Below, piece by piece: positions 38,940-51,561 of a stretch of DNA of 51,702 bases; positions within the stretch are counted from its first letter, which is position 1; every line of letters starts with the position of its first letter. The stretch covers positions 5,544,863 through 5,596,564 of the forward strand of contig NC_057749.1 of assembly GCF_004010195.1 (NCBI RefSeq), written 5' to 3'. Source of the stretch: Chiloscyllium plagiosum (taxonomy: Eukaryota). Below the pieces are notes generated by a model. That model worked only from the letters and a program-made list of their open reading frames with translations. It did not search any database and had not been told where the DNA came from. The translations under genes and the position numbers were made by a program.

Positions 38940-40214
38940 CTCCACAGTGAAGCAGCAGTGCAAAGCAATCACTTCAGTTTCACAACTTGCTAATTTAGAA
39001 AAAATAAAAAGATGTGGGGCTACATCATTCAAAATCTATTACTAAAGAGTGAACAGCTATATTTTTGATTTGTCCCAAACAACAGATTCAGATGCTTTAG
39101 GTCATTGAATTTAAATAAAATGTTAAACATTTGTGTTTATATTTCCTGTTAAAATTTATAAAAGGTTAATATATGCTGTCTATTCAGGTTCAGTTTAGTC
39201 TCAGCTCAATTTTTTAAGTTAAAAAAAGTAGGGTTTAGTCATTATAGGAGTAACATTCTGAAGGGGTTGAATTCCACTCATCTCATCACAGCGGATTGAT
39301 TGAAGACTGTTCTTGCCAAATCTATACCTAAAAGCAGCATAAACATACATGCATGCACAGACACAGAGGGGAACAACCACCTTCAGGTGTTATATTATGA
39401 TTTATCAAGGGTATCCAAGAAGCATGTGCAAGAGGAACTTGGAACATGGATGCAGAGAAGAAAAAAAAAAGAGAGTTGACTTATATACATGAGGTTGATG
39501 AAAAATGAACGATTTCTTGGCTAAAATTTGGGGGTCAATGTTTACACAAGCTCGACCATTATGCAAAGTGATAGTGTAAATTTCTTTGGACGCATATTCA
39601 CCAATGACATTCAAAAATTTGAATTGGTGCTAGTACTGTCCATATTCTTCTACATTTTACTATTGTAGCTTGGATTTAAAGTTCTGAACATTTCTCAACT
39701 TAATGACAATTGGAGTTTGAATGACCAAAAGCACAAATAGAACAAGGACTTTCAATAATTAAACTCTGCAGTAAGATTGCTATTACTGGAAATATTCTAA
39801 ATCTTGCCTCTGAATCACTGAGCGCACACAGGGTCATGGTACTTTCTATGTGAAATGACAACTACTCAATTTCTAAATGAGATTTTAGGCATGCTGACAA
39901 GATTAGCTACCTTACACTTATAATCCTGAACTGCACTGTGTACCTACATCTTACTTGCAAAATCCAAACAAACCTCTCAGCCCAAAATTTCCACAATACT
40001 TGGTACTGAAAGGATGTTTTCTTGGGTAATTTCCAAATCTTCTCCTTTGTACAATCTGTAGTGATTGTTCGCCTTCCTTAGTACCAGCGTAAACTAGCAG
40101 CTCTGCTTCTAAACTATTGATTCCTTCACTAGTATGAAGTTACTTTTATTGAGCATGCTTGGCAATTAAGTATACTTCAATAGTGCTCAAGGTTTTTGGT
40201 ATGGGGAACCTCAA

Positions 40215-40745
40215 ATACAAGACCATATCAGGAACACTGCATGCAGTTTTGGTCCACTTGCTTAAGGAAGGATATAATTGTACTGGAAGCAGTTCAGAGA
40301 AGGTTCGTTTAATTTCGGAGGTGAAAGGTGCGTATTAGGAGACGTTGAGCAGTTTTGGCATACATTTGATGAAGTTTAGAAAGATGAGAGATCTATCTGA
40401 GGCTTAAAAGAAGACATGAAAGGAGGTTGACAAAGTACAGCAAATGTTACCAGTTATGGGAATAAGAGTTTTAAGGCTAAGAGGTGGCAAATTTAAACAG
40501 ATGAGCAGGATTTATGTCAGAAAGTGTTGTGAATCTGTAAAATTCATGACCCGAGTGCAGTGGACATCAGGACACAGTGAATTGGAGGAGAAAGATTTTT
40601 TTTTTTTAAAATGAATACGAGATTAGGGGGTATAGAGAGCAGACAGGAAGTGGAGTTGAGGCCAAGATGAGATCAGCCATGGTTGCATTGAGTAGTGAAG
40701 TAGGCTTGAGGGCCAAATTGCCCACTCCTGCTCCCAGTTCTTATG
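40215..40745 (+). mobile_element. Old CR1 LINE 3' fragment
   Basis: CAGTTTTGGTCC..AGGAAGGATATA..GCAGTTCAGAGAAGGTTC..AGATCAGCCATG..CTCCTGCTCCCAGTTCTTATG. Confidence 0.7.
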
Positions 40746-41599
40746 CTGTTGTACACCCATAATCTGATCTTAGTATTGCCTCTTAAGTTCTGACTGACAG
40801 TGCTAGAGAGCTAACAGAAATCAAAAAAAAAAGCTACCAAAAAAAAAAGCAGCTCTTGGTCAGCATAACGCAATGTTTATGCAAGTGGATGTGATGAGAA
40901 ATCAGTTGATCAGAAATTAGGTTTGCTTCAAACAAACTCAAAACCTCAAACAAAAGCTCAGACAATGTAATTGCACCAGAACACAATTTCTTTTTTTTTT
41001 TAAATAAAGATATATGCAAGACTAAAGCCTGACACATTTTACTATGCTGTACCATTAAACCTTCCACTTAGTGAGGAATTAAAAACCGTTTAACATAACG
41101 CACTGAAATTCAATATCTATTTCAAAAGATATCTTGGACAATAAAAAAATGCACTGCGGTTTGCTGTAACTTTGTTGGCTGGGTATCCTTACCTTGAAAC
41201 ATTACATTGAAGCAACTTAAATTACATCTATAAAAGTATCTGTAAAAGCCAGAGGTCAAAGGAAATGAATTTAGGACTGACCAATAAGATGCAAATTCGC
41301 TACATTTCCCTTCCTCAAAATAAATTCCACACACAGCAATTAACTTGATTAACATTCTCTATTTGTAAAACTAACAGCATACAAACACTATTAACTCAGC
41401 GTTTCCAGCTCATCTTTTGGCCTTTGCATCGAAGATAAATGAACAGAAGACAGACGAGCATTAACGTTAAACCCAGAACAGTTACTGAAGGTTTCTTCAA
41501 TGAGGCAGAATGTAGTTGCCATGCAGAGTACAGCTCCCAACAATCTAAGCTAGGAATAAGCTTCAAAGTCAAAAGAATGTAAAGCTTACAGAAACCCCC

Positions 41600-41797
41600 A
41601 GTTAGGGTGCTACAGCAACTCGGGTGTGGTAGCATCTGTAGAGAGAAACAGAGTCCTTTGTTTGAACAGTTCTGATGAAGGGTCACTGGACTTAAAACAT
41701 TAAGTTTATTTTCCCATCTACAGATGTTGCCAGACCTGCTGAGCTTCTCCAGCACGGTTTTTGTTTTAGATTTCCAACACACAGTTCTTTCTTTTTA
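41600..41797. mobile_element. Older Penelope-derived fold-back element with degenerate hammerhead motif
   Basis: GCATCTGTAGAGAGAAA inverted to TTTTCCCATCTACAGATGT; CTGATGA-AGGGTCACTGGACTT-AAAA at about 41672-41697. Confidence 0.6.
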
Positions 41798-41809
41798 GCA
41801 TCGAAGGTT

Positions 41810-42160
41810 TCGGTGTTGTCTCCATGGTAGTTTTCCCATCTCAGAGTCCAAAGGTTGCAAGCTCAAGTCTCACTTTGGAGACCTCAGCACATTTTCACTG
41901 TGGATGTCATCTTCATTTTGAGATTTAAGCTAGCCATTCTCGCAGGAGAACATAAATGATCAAATGACAATTCAAAGAAAAACCACAGATATTCACTTGG
42001 TATCCTGGTTAAAATGTACCCCTCAAATCAACACCCAACTCAATCGTTTATTTCATTCCTACTTATGGGAATTTTCTATGCACAAACTTGCTCCTGCATT
42101 AACTTACAATACAACATTGACTACACTTCAGAAGTACTGTATTATTTGGGATTGCTGTTA
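41810..42160 (+). mobile_element. DeuSINE-like (AmnSINE1/SacSINE1-type) remnant
   Basis: TGGGA..TGCACAAA..TACAACA..GACTACACTTCAGAAGTAC resembles the Deu domain; an inverse fragment lies at about 37650-37730. Confidence 0.5.
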
Positions 42161-42336
42161 TCATAAATAATTTTAAAACTAATATTACCATGTGGTACAG
42201 TACTTCAACAGAAGTATGAAGACCATTTAATATTCAGAATATATAGTACAATTGAATAAAAAATTGTATAAAATCTGTATTATTGCATTTTCACAGAATT
42301 TGTTGATCAGGGATAGACTGTTTAAAACTTGTTTGT

Positions 42337-42613
42337 GGGCGGCATGGTGGCTCAGTGGTTAGCACTGCTGTCTCACAGCACCAGAGACCTGGGTTCAATT
42401 CCCGCCTCAGGCAACTGTGTGTGGAGTTTGCACATTCTCCCGTGTCTGTGGAGGTTTCCTCCAGGTGTTCCAGTTTCCTCCCACAGTCCAAAAATGTGTA
42501 GTTAGGTGAATTGGCTATGCTAAAACGTAGGGGAATGGGTCTGGGCGGGTTGCTCTTCGGAGGGTCGGTGGGGACTTGGGCCGAAGGGTTACACTAAGTA
42601 ATCTAATCTAATC
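42337..42613 (+). mobile_element. HE1-type SINE
   Basis: GGGCGGCATGGTGGCTCAGTGGTTAGCACTGCTG..GGTTCAATTCCC..tail AATCTAATCTAATC. Confidence 0.9.
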
Positions 42614-44580
42614 ATAACTTGACTAGATTAAATTTTGGACTTTACTTAGCTTTGATCCTTCTCTTAAAATGTTTGTTCAGTGTTATCAAAACTTTAAGTA
42701 ACAATAAACAGACATCAAATTTGTATGTAGCATTTGTACATCCTTTGTACATTCAAAATTCTTCACACAGAATTCACATCATTTCATTCATTCGTTGTTT
42801 AAAGAGTCTTAGGAAATTACAATGTATTGGTCCAACATTCAATATCTGAGTGGCTACAGAGCCAGAGTACAAGGAAGAGACAGTCTCAGAAGCCAACAAT
42901 GACAACAAAAGATTGCAATACTTTACCTGACCTGATGGTGGTTTAACAGCAATATGAATTAAGAAGCAAACAGCTCCATCCAGCAGCAAATATCAAGTAC
43001 TGCAGCAGAAGCTCCTGCAGTCTACTACCCCAGTGTGTTATTTGTCATTACAGCACTGTTTTAACACTGAAATAAACTGCTTATTGACACAGAAGATTCA
43101 CACTAGCAATTTAATCAAGTAATTGTAAGTGGGATATACTAGACCTATTTTATACTGCTCTAACATGACAATGAATAAAGCCTAGACCAGTGTAAATGCT
43201 TTCAGGCAGCTTCTGAATCACATGCATGTTAAGATGAAACTGAGGTTTCTCCAGCTCCCTCAACTTACAAAATTACTGGGCTCAGAGTTAATAGCTGGAA
43301 TCTATGTCTTTGGGGATAAAAAGAACAGTTCAGCCCTTCAAGCCTATCATTGCACATTGTAAATGCCACAATGAGATTGTTTCGCGACCCACTAAATGCA
43401 AAGGAAACACGGGCAATGTTGATACCAACTTTCTTCACAGTATTACTATTTAAGCCCTGGTATCATTCTGGCAATAGATACTAAGCTGCATTAAAGACTG
43501 TGTGTGCGCGTGTGTAGAAGAAGGGAGGTGAAAGTCCATAATTGAATGCAGTTATCCAGAATGGAGCAAATCAAGACTTCATGTAATTTCCAATCCTTTG
43601 CATTCCTGTCCCCTGAAGATTAAGCCCAGCAGTGTTACATTTTTTGTAACTGCCCATTATCTGTTTGTTATTACATGACTATCAAGAAGCTCTTTCAACA
43701 GAAAGATACAATCCAAACCACATGCATTTATATTATAAATTCTGTTCAGTTTTATCCTGATCTCTTTAGTGTTGTATAGGGAACTGTTGTGCATGCCTTT
43801 GCAATAGGATGAAAATTCATCTTATTTGCTTATCGTAGTTTTCTTTCTTAAATATAAATAAAACTGATCTTAAAAGCTTTATAGAAACAAACAAACTTGA
43901 AAGAAAATAACTCAAGGATACTACAAAAGCCAAAACTCAATTAATTGAATATTGATACCTATCCCAAGGTATTGAAAATGAACAGGCAAATACTCAGACT
44001 TAAGAAATAGCAGCTGTCCATGTTGTGAGAAGATTGCAGTAAATGAAAGCAATATCAAACAGTCAAGTTCCAAAGCTTTGAAGAATTATCAAAAAAAAAA
44101 CGTCCCAGGGGAGCAGCACAGTCAAAGGAAGAAAAATATTCTTTCTGATTAAAGTTATTATATTGATTCCTTTTCTGAACCTTGCGGATAATTGATTTAC
44201 ACTAGGTAAGCTGTTTGGGAGTGTGGCAGGTAAAGAAAGAGATTTCATTTAATTTGTGCTATCGAGAGATCCTCTGTATTCTAACTTGACAGCTTTTAAA
44301 TTGATTGTTCAATGAAATAGATTTTCATTTGTAATGCTCAATCATGGTTCAAAATTATTAAAGACAATTGCTCAATGCCAGATTAACAAATCTGTTTTGA
44401 TTAAAAAGTGTGTTAAAGACACTAATAACTAAACAATCGGGATAGGGGTTCACAGCAAGAACTACATAGTTCATGAACGGTTCTTATTCTGTAATGGACA
44501 AAAATTGAATTTTCAAATCGTTGGAGAAGGTAAACAGTACATCAATAAATTGCATCCCTCAGAATTCACCGCACCCACAA

Positions 44581-44926
44581 ATCATAGAATCCCTATGGTG
44601 TGGAAGCAGGCCATTCAGCTCACTGATTCCACACCAACCTTCTGAACAGCATCCCACCTAGGCCCACCCCTTACCCTGTAACCTTGCATTTCCCATTGCT
44701 AACCCACCTAGCATACACATCTTTGGATACTACAGGCAACTTAGCCTGGCCAATCCACCTAATCTGCATATCTTTGGACTGTAGGAGGAAACCAGAGCAC
44801 CTGGAGGAAATCCATGCAGACACGGAGAACATGCAAACCCCATACAGACAATAGTCAGAAGGTGGAATCGAACTATGGCCCCTGGCTCTGGGAGGCAGCA
44901 CTGCTACCCACTGAGTCACTGTGCCA
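44581..44926 (-). mobile_element. HE1-type SINE
   Basis: CATCTTTGGA..GGAGGAAACCAGAGCACCTGGAGGAAATCCATGCAGACACGGAGAAC..GAGGCAGCACTGCTACCCACTGAGTCAC. Confidence 0.85.
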
Positions 44927-45188
44927 CTCCAGAAAGTTCTCACCCAATATATTGATCAAACAGGCTGGGTGCCCTTCTACTAAATCTAAAATACTGGTAT
45001 TGGCATTGGTAGTATTTGACAGTTTGCATGTCTTAAGTCTGAACTCCAGTGATATGTATACTTTTTGTTCTCCCAAAGGAGTATTTTATGTTGAGCATTA
45101 TACAAATGAGAAAGGCCCACCTAGGACTGAGATGAACGCTTACAATATATCATTTGGAATTCAAAGAGTGTGTTTTTGGTTTTAAACC

Positions 45189-45890
45189 TGTGACAGTGAC
45201 TTTGAGTTAGCAAGTAATTTTGATCAGTGAGTTCAAAACAGCATCTCACAAAAAGCATGAGATTAAGAGATCAGATAAATGCCGGGTGAGATAATTGAAG
45301 TATTTAATAAATTGAGTTTTCAATTACCTACATAAAGGCAGTCAGGAGCCATAAGGAGGTCAGTTCAGAAGAATGAAAACAATCAGAAGGGCAGTTTTAG
45401 TTTTCTAGGCCAGAGGTCAAAAGTAGTTGCAAGCTGTTTTAATGTTAAAATAGGAGGGCTGGGAAAAGGTCCTGAGCATTTCTCAAGAGCTCAATAAAAA
45501 GGTCAATCAGCAAGCCTGTTAGTGTGTCACTAGGAAAGATGGGGGAGAAACACGTCTGGTGAAATGTGTAGGAAGTCACCAAAATGCAATGCTTACAACC
45601 TTTGCAGTTTAATAGGAAATTTTAAAAGTGAAGATCAGAGTGGGGTTGAGCATTTGTAAAGGATATTGCTGGGAAACAAAAAGGTCGAATCTTTCTTTGT
45701 GTTGTTCATAAGAACTTTCCAACTTATCAAAACTTTGTTTTTGTATAATAACCTAACATACTTCTGTCAAAAGTACATGGACTGCCTTGTGTTAGTTAAT
45801 ATGTTCAGTGACTGCCCCAAGGCAAAAAAAAGATCAAGTGAGGTTTAATTCTGGAATCTGACTTGTCCAGTATTCTCATCAGCTGGGATC
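45189..45890 (+). mobile_element. Possible decayed solo LTR
   Basis: Starts TGTGAC; about 700 bp with AATAAA; 3' end loosely resembles that of 47188-47797, but terminal CA and TSD are not clear. Confidence 0.35.
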
Positions 45891-46505
45891 ACCGAGACTG
45901 AAATAACCCTTCCAACCTCAAAGATTACTAGCATCAACTCCTTAAGGCAGAAGCAGAGAAATGTGTGTTTTGCAATGCTTCAAAAACCAACGTGAACATT
46001 AAGATAGCAAGACTAATTATTCAGCTTGCTGCACTAGTTATAACTGGTAAAGATAAGATTACATGGAGTTTTTAAGGTATATGCATGAGTCAGGAGCTAA
46101 AAACTGATCACACAGGAGACCTAAACCTTTACAAAGTTTGTGATTACACCTACAGAATATGGATTTGTATCTGGATTCCAGGAGGTAAATGGCATGTTTA
46201 CAGTTCAATGTTCTACCTAGGCTCATTATTCAAAAATATGATTACATATATTTTAATCAGTGTAGAATTCTGTGTGTAAGCAGAGAAGATTAAACCATTT
46301 AATTGGTTCATCCAACTTGCATGGACTCTATGACACAGAAACTGAATAGAAATTTCACCATTTTGAAATATAGACACAATCAACCTTAATGCCCTTGAAA
46401 GAAAAAGGGTCTGTAACAATGTTTGGAAGGTTAGAGATGTTACTGGGGTCCACAGCACATCTAGGATGCAAACACATTCACTTGTGATATAGTTCTCATA
46501 CTCAC

Positions 46506-46625
46506 GCATCCAAAGGTAGTAAATGCGTTTTGCCAGGACTTTGTGTGGTTCTGGAATTTCATTAAAATCCTGGTAAAAACACGGTTTCAACGGAATGAAC
46601 TTTGGGAGCGGTGGAAAATTGTTTT
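46506..46625 (-). CDS. SCAMP5: SCAMP5 coding exon 2 ([40 protein letters not shown])
   Basis: 120 nt, ttttctAG acceptor, GTGAGT donor. [15 protein letters not shown] motif is the start of the SCAMP domain; no N-terminal NPF repeats (SCAMP4/5 type). Confidence 0.96.
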
Positions 46626-47187
46626 CTAGAAAACAAAAGCATCATGTTTAGAATAATTTACAAGTAGTCAGGTTTAAGATAATTTAAGATTTGCTGTTTA
46701 TTAATAATGGTGACTCTTAGGCATCACTGCAAAGTTAAAGAATGTTGCTTTATACTGGGTCTACTTCTGGACAGCAACAATTCCTCCGACTCACCCTTTT
46801 CTCTTCCTACCATTAGTTTTTCCAAGCCCTTAGATGGGTGTTTCTGAATATAGTTGGATAACTGGGCTGCATTTCCTTTACTTTTCCAGCCCCCTTCATT
46901 AACGGTTTCTCTTACTTTCCCAGCTCTCATTCATTTAGGTCCTCAGACCCACAAAGTGAATATGCTAAGGTCCATAGCATTTCCAAGTTGACTGAAAGCA
47001 TGCTCTCTCTTACCATGTTACATTCCCTTTTCCACAGAGGGGCAGACACACAAGGAGTTCATGCTCCATTCCTTTTACCCATCACTATTTACCAGGCTTC
47101 TGTTTGTACCTCCATAACATTTTTCCTGATCCAGGTCTAATATTTCTTCTCTCTGCAGAAATAATGTTCTTTTGCACCAGTTCTTAC

Positions 47188-47797
47188 TGTGATGATCCTA
47201 TGGGTTTGTTCTGCTTTTTTTTTGTTTTAAAAACAATGTTTTAAGACAGAGGTGCCAGATATCTATTGAAAACTTAAACAGTTTGTTAGATCTTTGGGTT
47301 ATATTTTTAAAAGTTGGAACAATAGAAGCAGTCTGATGGGGTGTCGTCAAACTCTGGCAGAACCAGGATTTTTAGTTTTTGAGTTATCAGCATTAGCAGT
47401 TGTTGCTAGGTCTGTTGCTGCAGTACATCTCCCCCCTGCTAACTCAGTTCTCTTGATGTTTTTCCTCCTGGGGTTGCATGGGAGACAATCTGTTTTCTGA
47501 ATCTTTTGCCAAAGGTGTATTTATGGGATGTTACTATAGTGGAACAGTTACCATTTAGTAGCTAAGTAATCCTTTATTCTGTTAAGTTTTCCAATAGAAT
47601 TATAGCTAAGCCAACTTTTTTTGCTTTCTTTTGCTGTATTTTAAACTGCAGTGTACGAATAATGTTTTGCTCTTCAAATCTGGTAATTTGACCAATCGAA
47701 CTGCATCTGGAATGCACCACCTTGCACTTATTTCTAAATTAAGAAAAAAAAAGTCTAGACTATGTTGTTAATATGAGGTCTAGTCTGATCCATAACA
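47188..47797 (+). mobile_element. Solo LTR (610 bp)
   Basis: TGTGATG...CATAACA termini (TG..CA, short imperfect inverted ends) with 5-bp TSD CTTAC (47183-47187 / 47798-47802). Transcriptional strand not established. Confidence 0.8.
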
Positions 47798-49447
47798 CTT
47801 ACCCTTCTGCCACATTTTATATTTTCCTCTTTCTCCAAGTATCCTCGTTCAGCTTTCTATACTTTCCATCACTTTGCTCAGTTCCTTTGTTTAATTTCTA
47901 TTCTTCAGAAACACTCCACTTATCTGCCCTAAAACTGAAGACTTTTTATCATCTGCCAGATGCACACAGAGATAACTGCTCAGCTCTCCAACCAAAATAG
48001 AGGGGGGTCACCTACCAGAGGGGCACTATTGGACATGCATGCCTGTGTCCATCATGGCCACAGGTGGATTTCAAGCTAGCAGATGCTCCCAGCAAAGCAT
48101 TTCATACTCATCATTTAACAGGGCACTGACAGCCAGTAAATCTGCACAGAAAGGTTTGCCACTTCTATCCCTATCATCTTTCACTTGCACCTCAAAAGTC
48201 AAATGTGGGGTATAGTCAATAATCCCACATGTCCACAGATTCACAGGTTGTGCCAAGAAGGTCCTGAAATAGTAGCAAGTGGAGAGATGTTGGAGAAATG
48301 CTGTGATTTTCCTGTTTGCTGTGCTACCTTTTTGGCACTGCATATTTTGGAATATTTATAATAGATGCTTCTCAATTTCTTTTTACTTGAATGGGGGTGG
48401 AATCTTTTGGTATTTTGTGTAAAGGGGAAAAAAACAAGTTTTGAGTACTATAATTGGTGAACAGCAATAAGTAGTCAACCCCCTCTGATTTAGTCTTGGG
48501 CAAGGATTACTTAGACATTGGCCTCACTGCCAAACCACAGCAGAAGGCTTGTCAAATAGCTTTCAGCAAGTTATTCCAATTATGCAATAGCATTTAATTG
48601 ACCTTTATACTGCAATTCATTGTAAGTGTTGCATTGCTCATAGACAAATATTCAACTTATAATATGGAGCAAGAATACAGAATATCATTTAGCATTAATT
48701 TGCAAAATCATCCCTTCAAGCAATACATGCACCTTGCATTAAGGGTTCTCGTACTCAAATTTTCAAAATTCAAAATCAACAGAGCACAGTGGCTTACACA
48801 AAATAATGTTTCTTGCCAGAGATTGGAAAACAATTATGAATGAGGGAAGCATGCTTCTCCATTCAACTTTCCAAGACCTTCAAGTCTCCTCACTACTGCA
48901 TTCAGTTTGATCAACTGAACATATGAGGTCCAAGTATTTGGTGTGCTTATAGCTTAAAAACACTGAGCACTTTTACTATAATGAGCAGGTTTCAATGATC
49001 CAATTTCACTGAAGGAATGTGCAGAACCCAGGACGTGGCTTTGAATCCTTTAAAGTGCTCATTATTCTGCTTTTATCTTTAGTCATTCACAAGACAGAAA
49101 GAGCACTATGTGTTGTCACTCTAAATCAGATTCTGTCTGATCAGTCTTCAGCATGCCGATTGGTCGGACAGGGCTAGATGCAGAAGCAGAAGACAAGGAG
49201 ATGGATCAGGGTATTCAGAGGTTTCAGGAGGGCGAGATTGTTGACACAAAAAACTCTGACAGAATTAGCTCCTCAGAGGCAAGTGAAAGAAAATGGGTTA
49301 AAAAAAATTTAAACATCATAGGAATTATCATCGAAATCACAGATATCGGAAAGGAGACCTGCTGATGGTTTGGAGAGAAGGCCCTTTGTTCCCAGGGAAT
49401 GCTGAGCAGAAATTCAGTTGTACAAACTAAATGCCATCCATCCTTAC

Positions 49448-49454
49448 CAGTCAT
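49448..49454 (-). CDS. SCAMP5: SCAMP5 start-codon exon (coding part ATGACTG; whole exon 49448-49510 includes 5'UTR)
   Basis: Minus strand reads ttgtcttgtttttcAG|GTTAGATCG...CTTAAAT ATG ACT G|GTAAGG. Good acceptor and donor, A at -3, in-frame TGA 21 nt upstream. The 7-nt phase-1 coding piece joins the next exon to give MTENNFPP, matching the short first coding exon I recall for vertebrate SCAMP5. Confidence 0.8.
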
Positions 49455-49554
49455 ATTTAAGATGGTGTTTGCTCAGTTTCTGACGTCTCAAATGTGTAAT
49501 ACGATCTAACCTGAAAAACAAGACAATAAACTTTAAAACGTGGGCTAGTGCGGA

Positions 49555-49652
49555 AAATGGATGGACGGACAGACAGACGGACGAATGAACGAAAATACGA
49601 TATAGTAAGCAAATAGCAATGAATAGAGTTACCGGTATGAATGAATGAATGC
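49555..49652. repeat. Compound tetranucleotide low-complexity tract (GGAT/GGAC/AGAC/GAAT)
   Basis: atggatggacggacagacagacggacgaatgaacg...atgaatgaatgaatg. Confidence 0.6.
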
Positions 49653-49659
49653 AATATAG

Positions 49660-49762
49660 TAGAGTCAACTTATACATGAGATATGGAAAAAACAAGACTT
49701 TTTTGCCAAAATGAGGGGTTGTCTTATACATGGCATCGACCTATACATGAGTATATACAATA
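49660..49762. mobile_element. Tc1/mariner (Tc2/pogo-like) transposon end
   Basis: Three subterminal TATACATG motifs ending in GAGTATATACAATA, similar to Tc2-type TIR ends with TA. Confidence 0.5.
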
Positions 49763-50374
49763 GTTCAGATTAGATTGCTCTTTTCAGGCCCTGAAACTCC
49801 CTCCCTACAATGCTCATTTACACACTCTGTAGTGATTCAACTCACCATCTCAAGAGCAATGAGATGAACTACAAGTGCTGGCCTATCCAGCTACACCCAC
49901 GTTCTTTCAAAGAATTTTAAAAATCTGAAATAAAATTGAGTGCATGGTCTCTTCTACTGGAGGGTGACAATCAAATTAAAGCATACCTCAATGAGCAATG
50001 GCAAGTCAGCACGACAAAAGCACCTATTCCTCTGTCTCACACACCCACCCACACACACATACATACGTACAAATGCATGAAAGAACTGAATATTCTAATG
50101 GAGAATTCTTGCTGCACATTAATCAACATCTTGCATGTGCCAACATGCAGGCTCTGCTTTCTTTCTGGAAAGTGGTCTGAACAGCATTCCAGCAAAAAAA
50201 AAAAAGATATCTGCAAACCTTCAAACTGAAATTCTCGTCATTCTTCTACCATCCCTTGTTTCCTTGGAAAACAAAGATTGTGTAGTTGTACCAACTCCAG
50301 TTGGCTCATGACATGCCCAAATGCCACCACGTTTGGGCTGAATAGCCAGTTTTGAGCTCATGTCTTTGGGGTTG

Positions 50375-50566
50375 AAGAGTATGGTGCTGGAAAGGCACAG
50401 CCGGTCAGGCAGCATCAGAGGAGCAGGAGAATCAACATTTCAAGCATAAGCTCTTCAGAGGAACAGCTTATGCCCGAAATGTCAATTCTCCTGCTCCTCA
50501 GATACTGCCTGACCAGCTGTGCTTTTCGACTCTGATCTTCAGCATCTGCAGTCCTTATTTTCTCCC
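50375..50566. mobile_element. Penelope-derived family-A fold-back element (diverged)
   Basis: GGTCAGGCAGCATCAGAGGAGCAGGAGAAT inverted to ATTCTCCTGCTCCTCAGATACTGCCTGACC; ends CAGCATCTGCAGTCCTTATTTTCTCC. Confidence 0.8.
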
Positions 50567-51561
50567 ACAATGCTTTTTGGCCCAACCTGTTGGCAGTTAT
50601 CTTTCATCTAAGCCTATAACCCCAAACACATTTACTTGACCTATATGTGCTTTATTCCTTCATCTCTCTATTACAGCCTTCTAATACCTCCCCAAAACCA
50701 TCTCTTTCCTTTCAGTTCATCATTGGCTACCTCAGTGTCATTTTCCCTCCCTATTGCCTCTACCCAGCTCAGATGTCTTACATTGCTGGTTTTCTCCACT
50801 TGACTTACAAAGAATTGCTCACAAACATTCCAATTATAAAATGCTAGTTTTAACCCCTATAGGTCACGCTCACTTGGAAGACTTCCTGGCATTAACCACT
50901 TTGAGCTGAACTGGCATACTGAACGTATCACGATTATCCAGTTTAGAGGATAATATCGATTGAATCAACGCAAACTACATTATCACCAGTCCACAAGGAG
51001 GGCCTAAGTTTAATTTTTCATAACACATTGTCCAGCTAGTCAATAAACAATTTTAAAAAACACATGTAATCTTCTTCTTGGTTATACAAATATAAGGCCA
51101 AGGTAGGGACTCTCTGGACTATTCCCTGAAAAGCTCATTTCCAACCCACAAAGTCAAAATTAGCTTGCATTTGCTTACAATAAATCTTCATTTCATCTAA
51201 GTTAAAAATAGTGCCAAGATGAAATGAAAACATGCAAGGACAAACAGAGTCAATTTCCTTTCTCTGCCCCAACCTCTTCACTTAAGATGTTCAGCAACTA
51301 AACACTAAATACTTCCCACAAGCTCTTCTGCCTAATATTTACAACTTCTAATACATCAGCTAGTGGTTCAGTTTTAATTAAAAAGTATAAGCTAATTCAA
51401 TTGTCCTGTTTTGTATCTGGATGTGAAAAAGATGGGCAATTCACCACAGGTAATTTATAACTAATTAATGTTGGCCACAAAATAAAAAAAGAAAATCAAA
51501 TTGAATCAATGAAAGTAAAGGCTGTGAACTGAACATGCTATACAGTAGGCTAGATTGTAAA

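Noticed and set aside
38706..39032. Mirror-image ORFs on both strands (108 aa / 91 aa)
   Set aside because: Artefact of the DNA palindrome; no protein similarity that I recognise.
48009..48030. CTCF-like motif CCTACCAGAGGGGCACTA
   Set aside because: Extra G and a mismatch break the core spacing; not supportable without ChIP or conservation data.
49153..49365. 70-aa acidic ORF near the start exon
   Set aside because: No recognisable domain or splice support; probably decayed repeat or chance.
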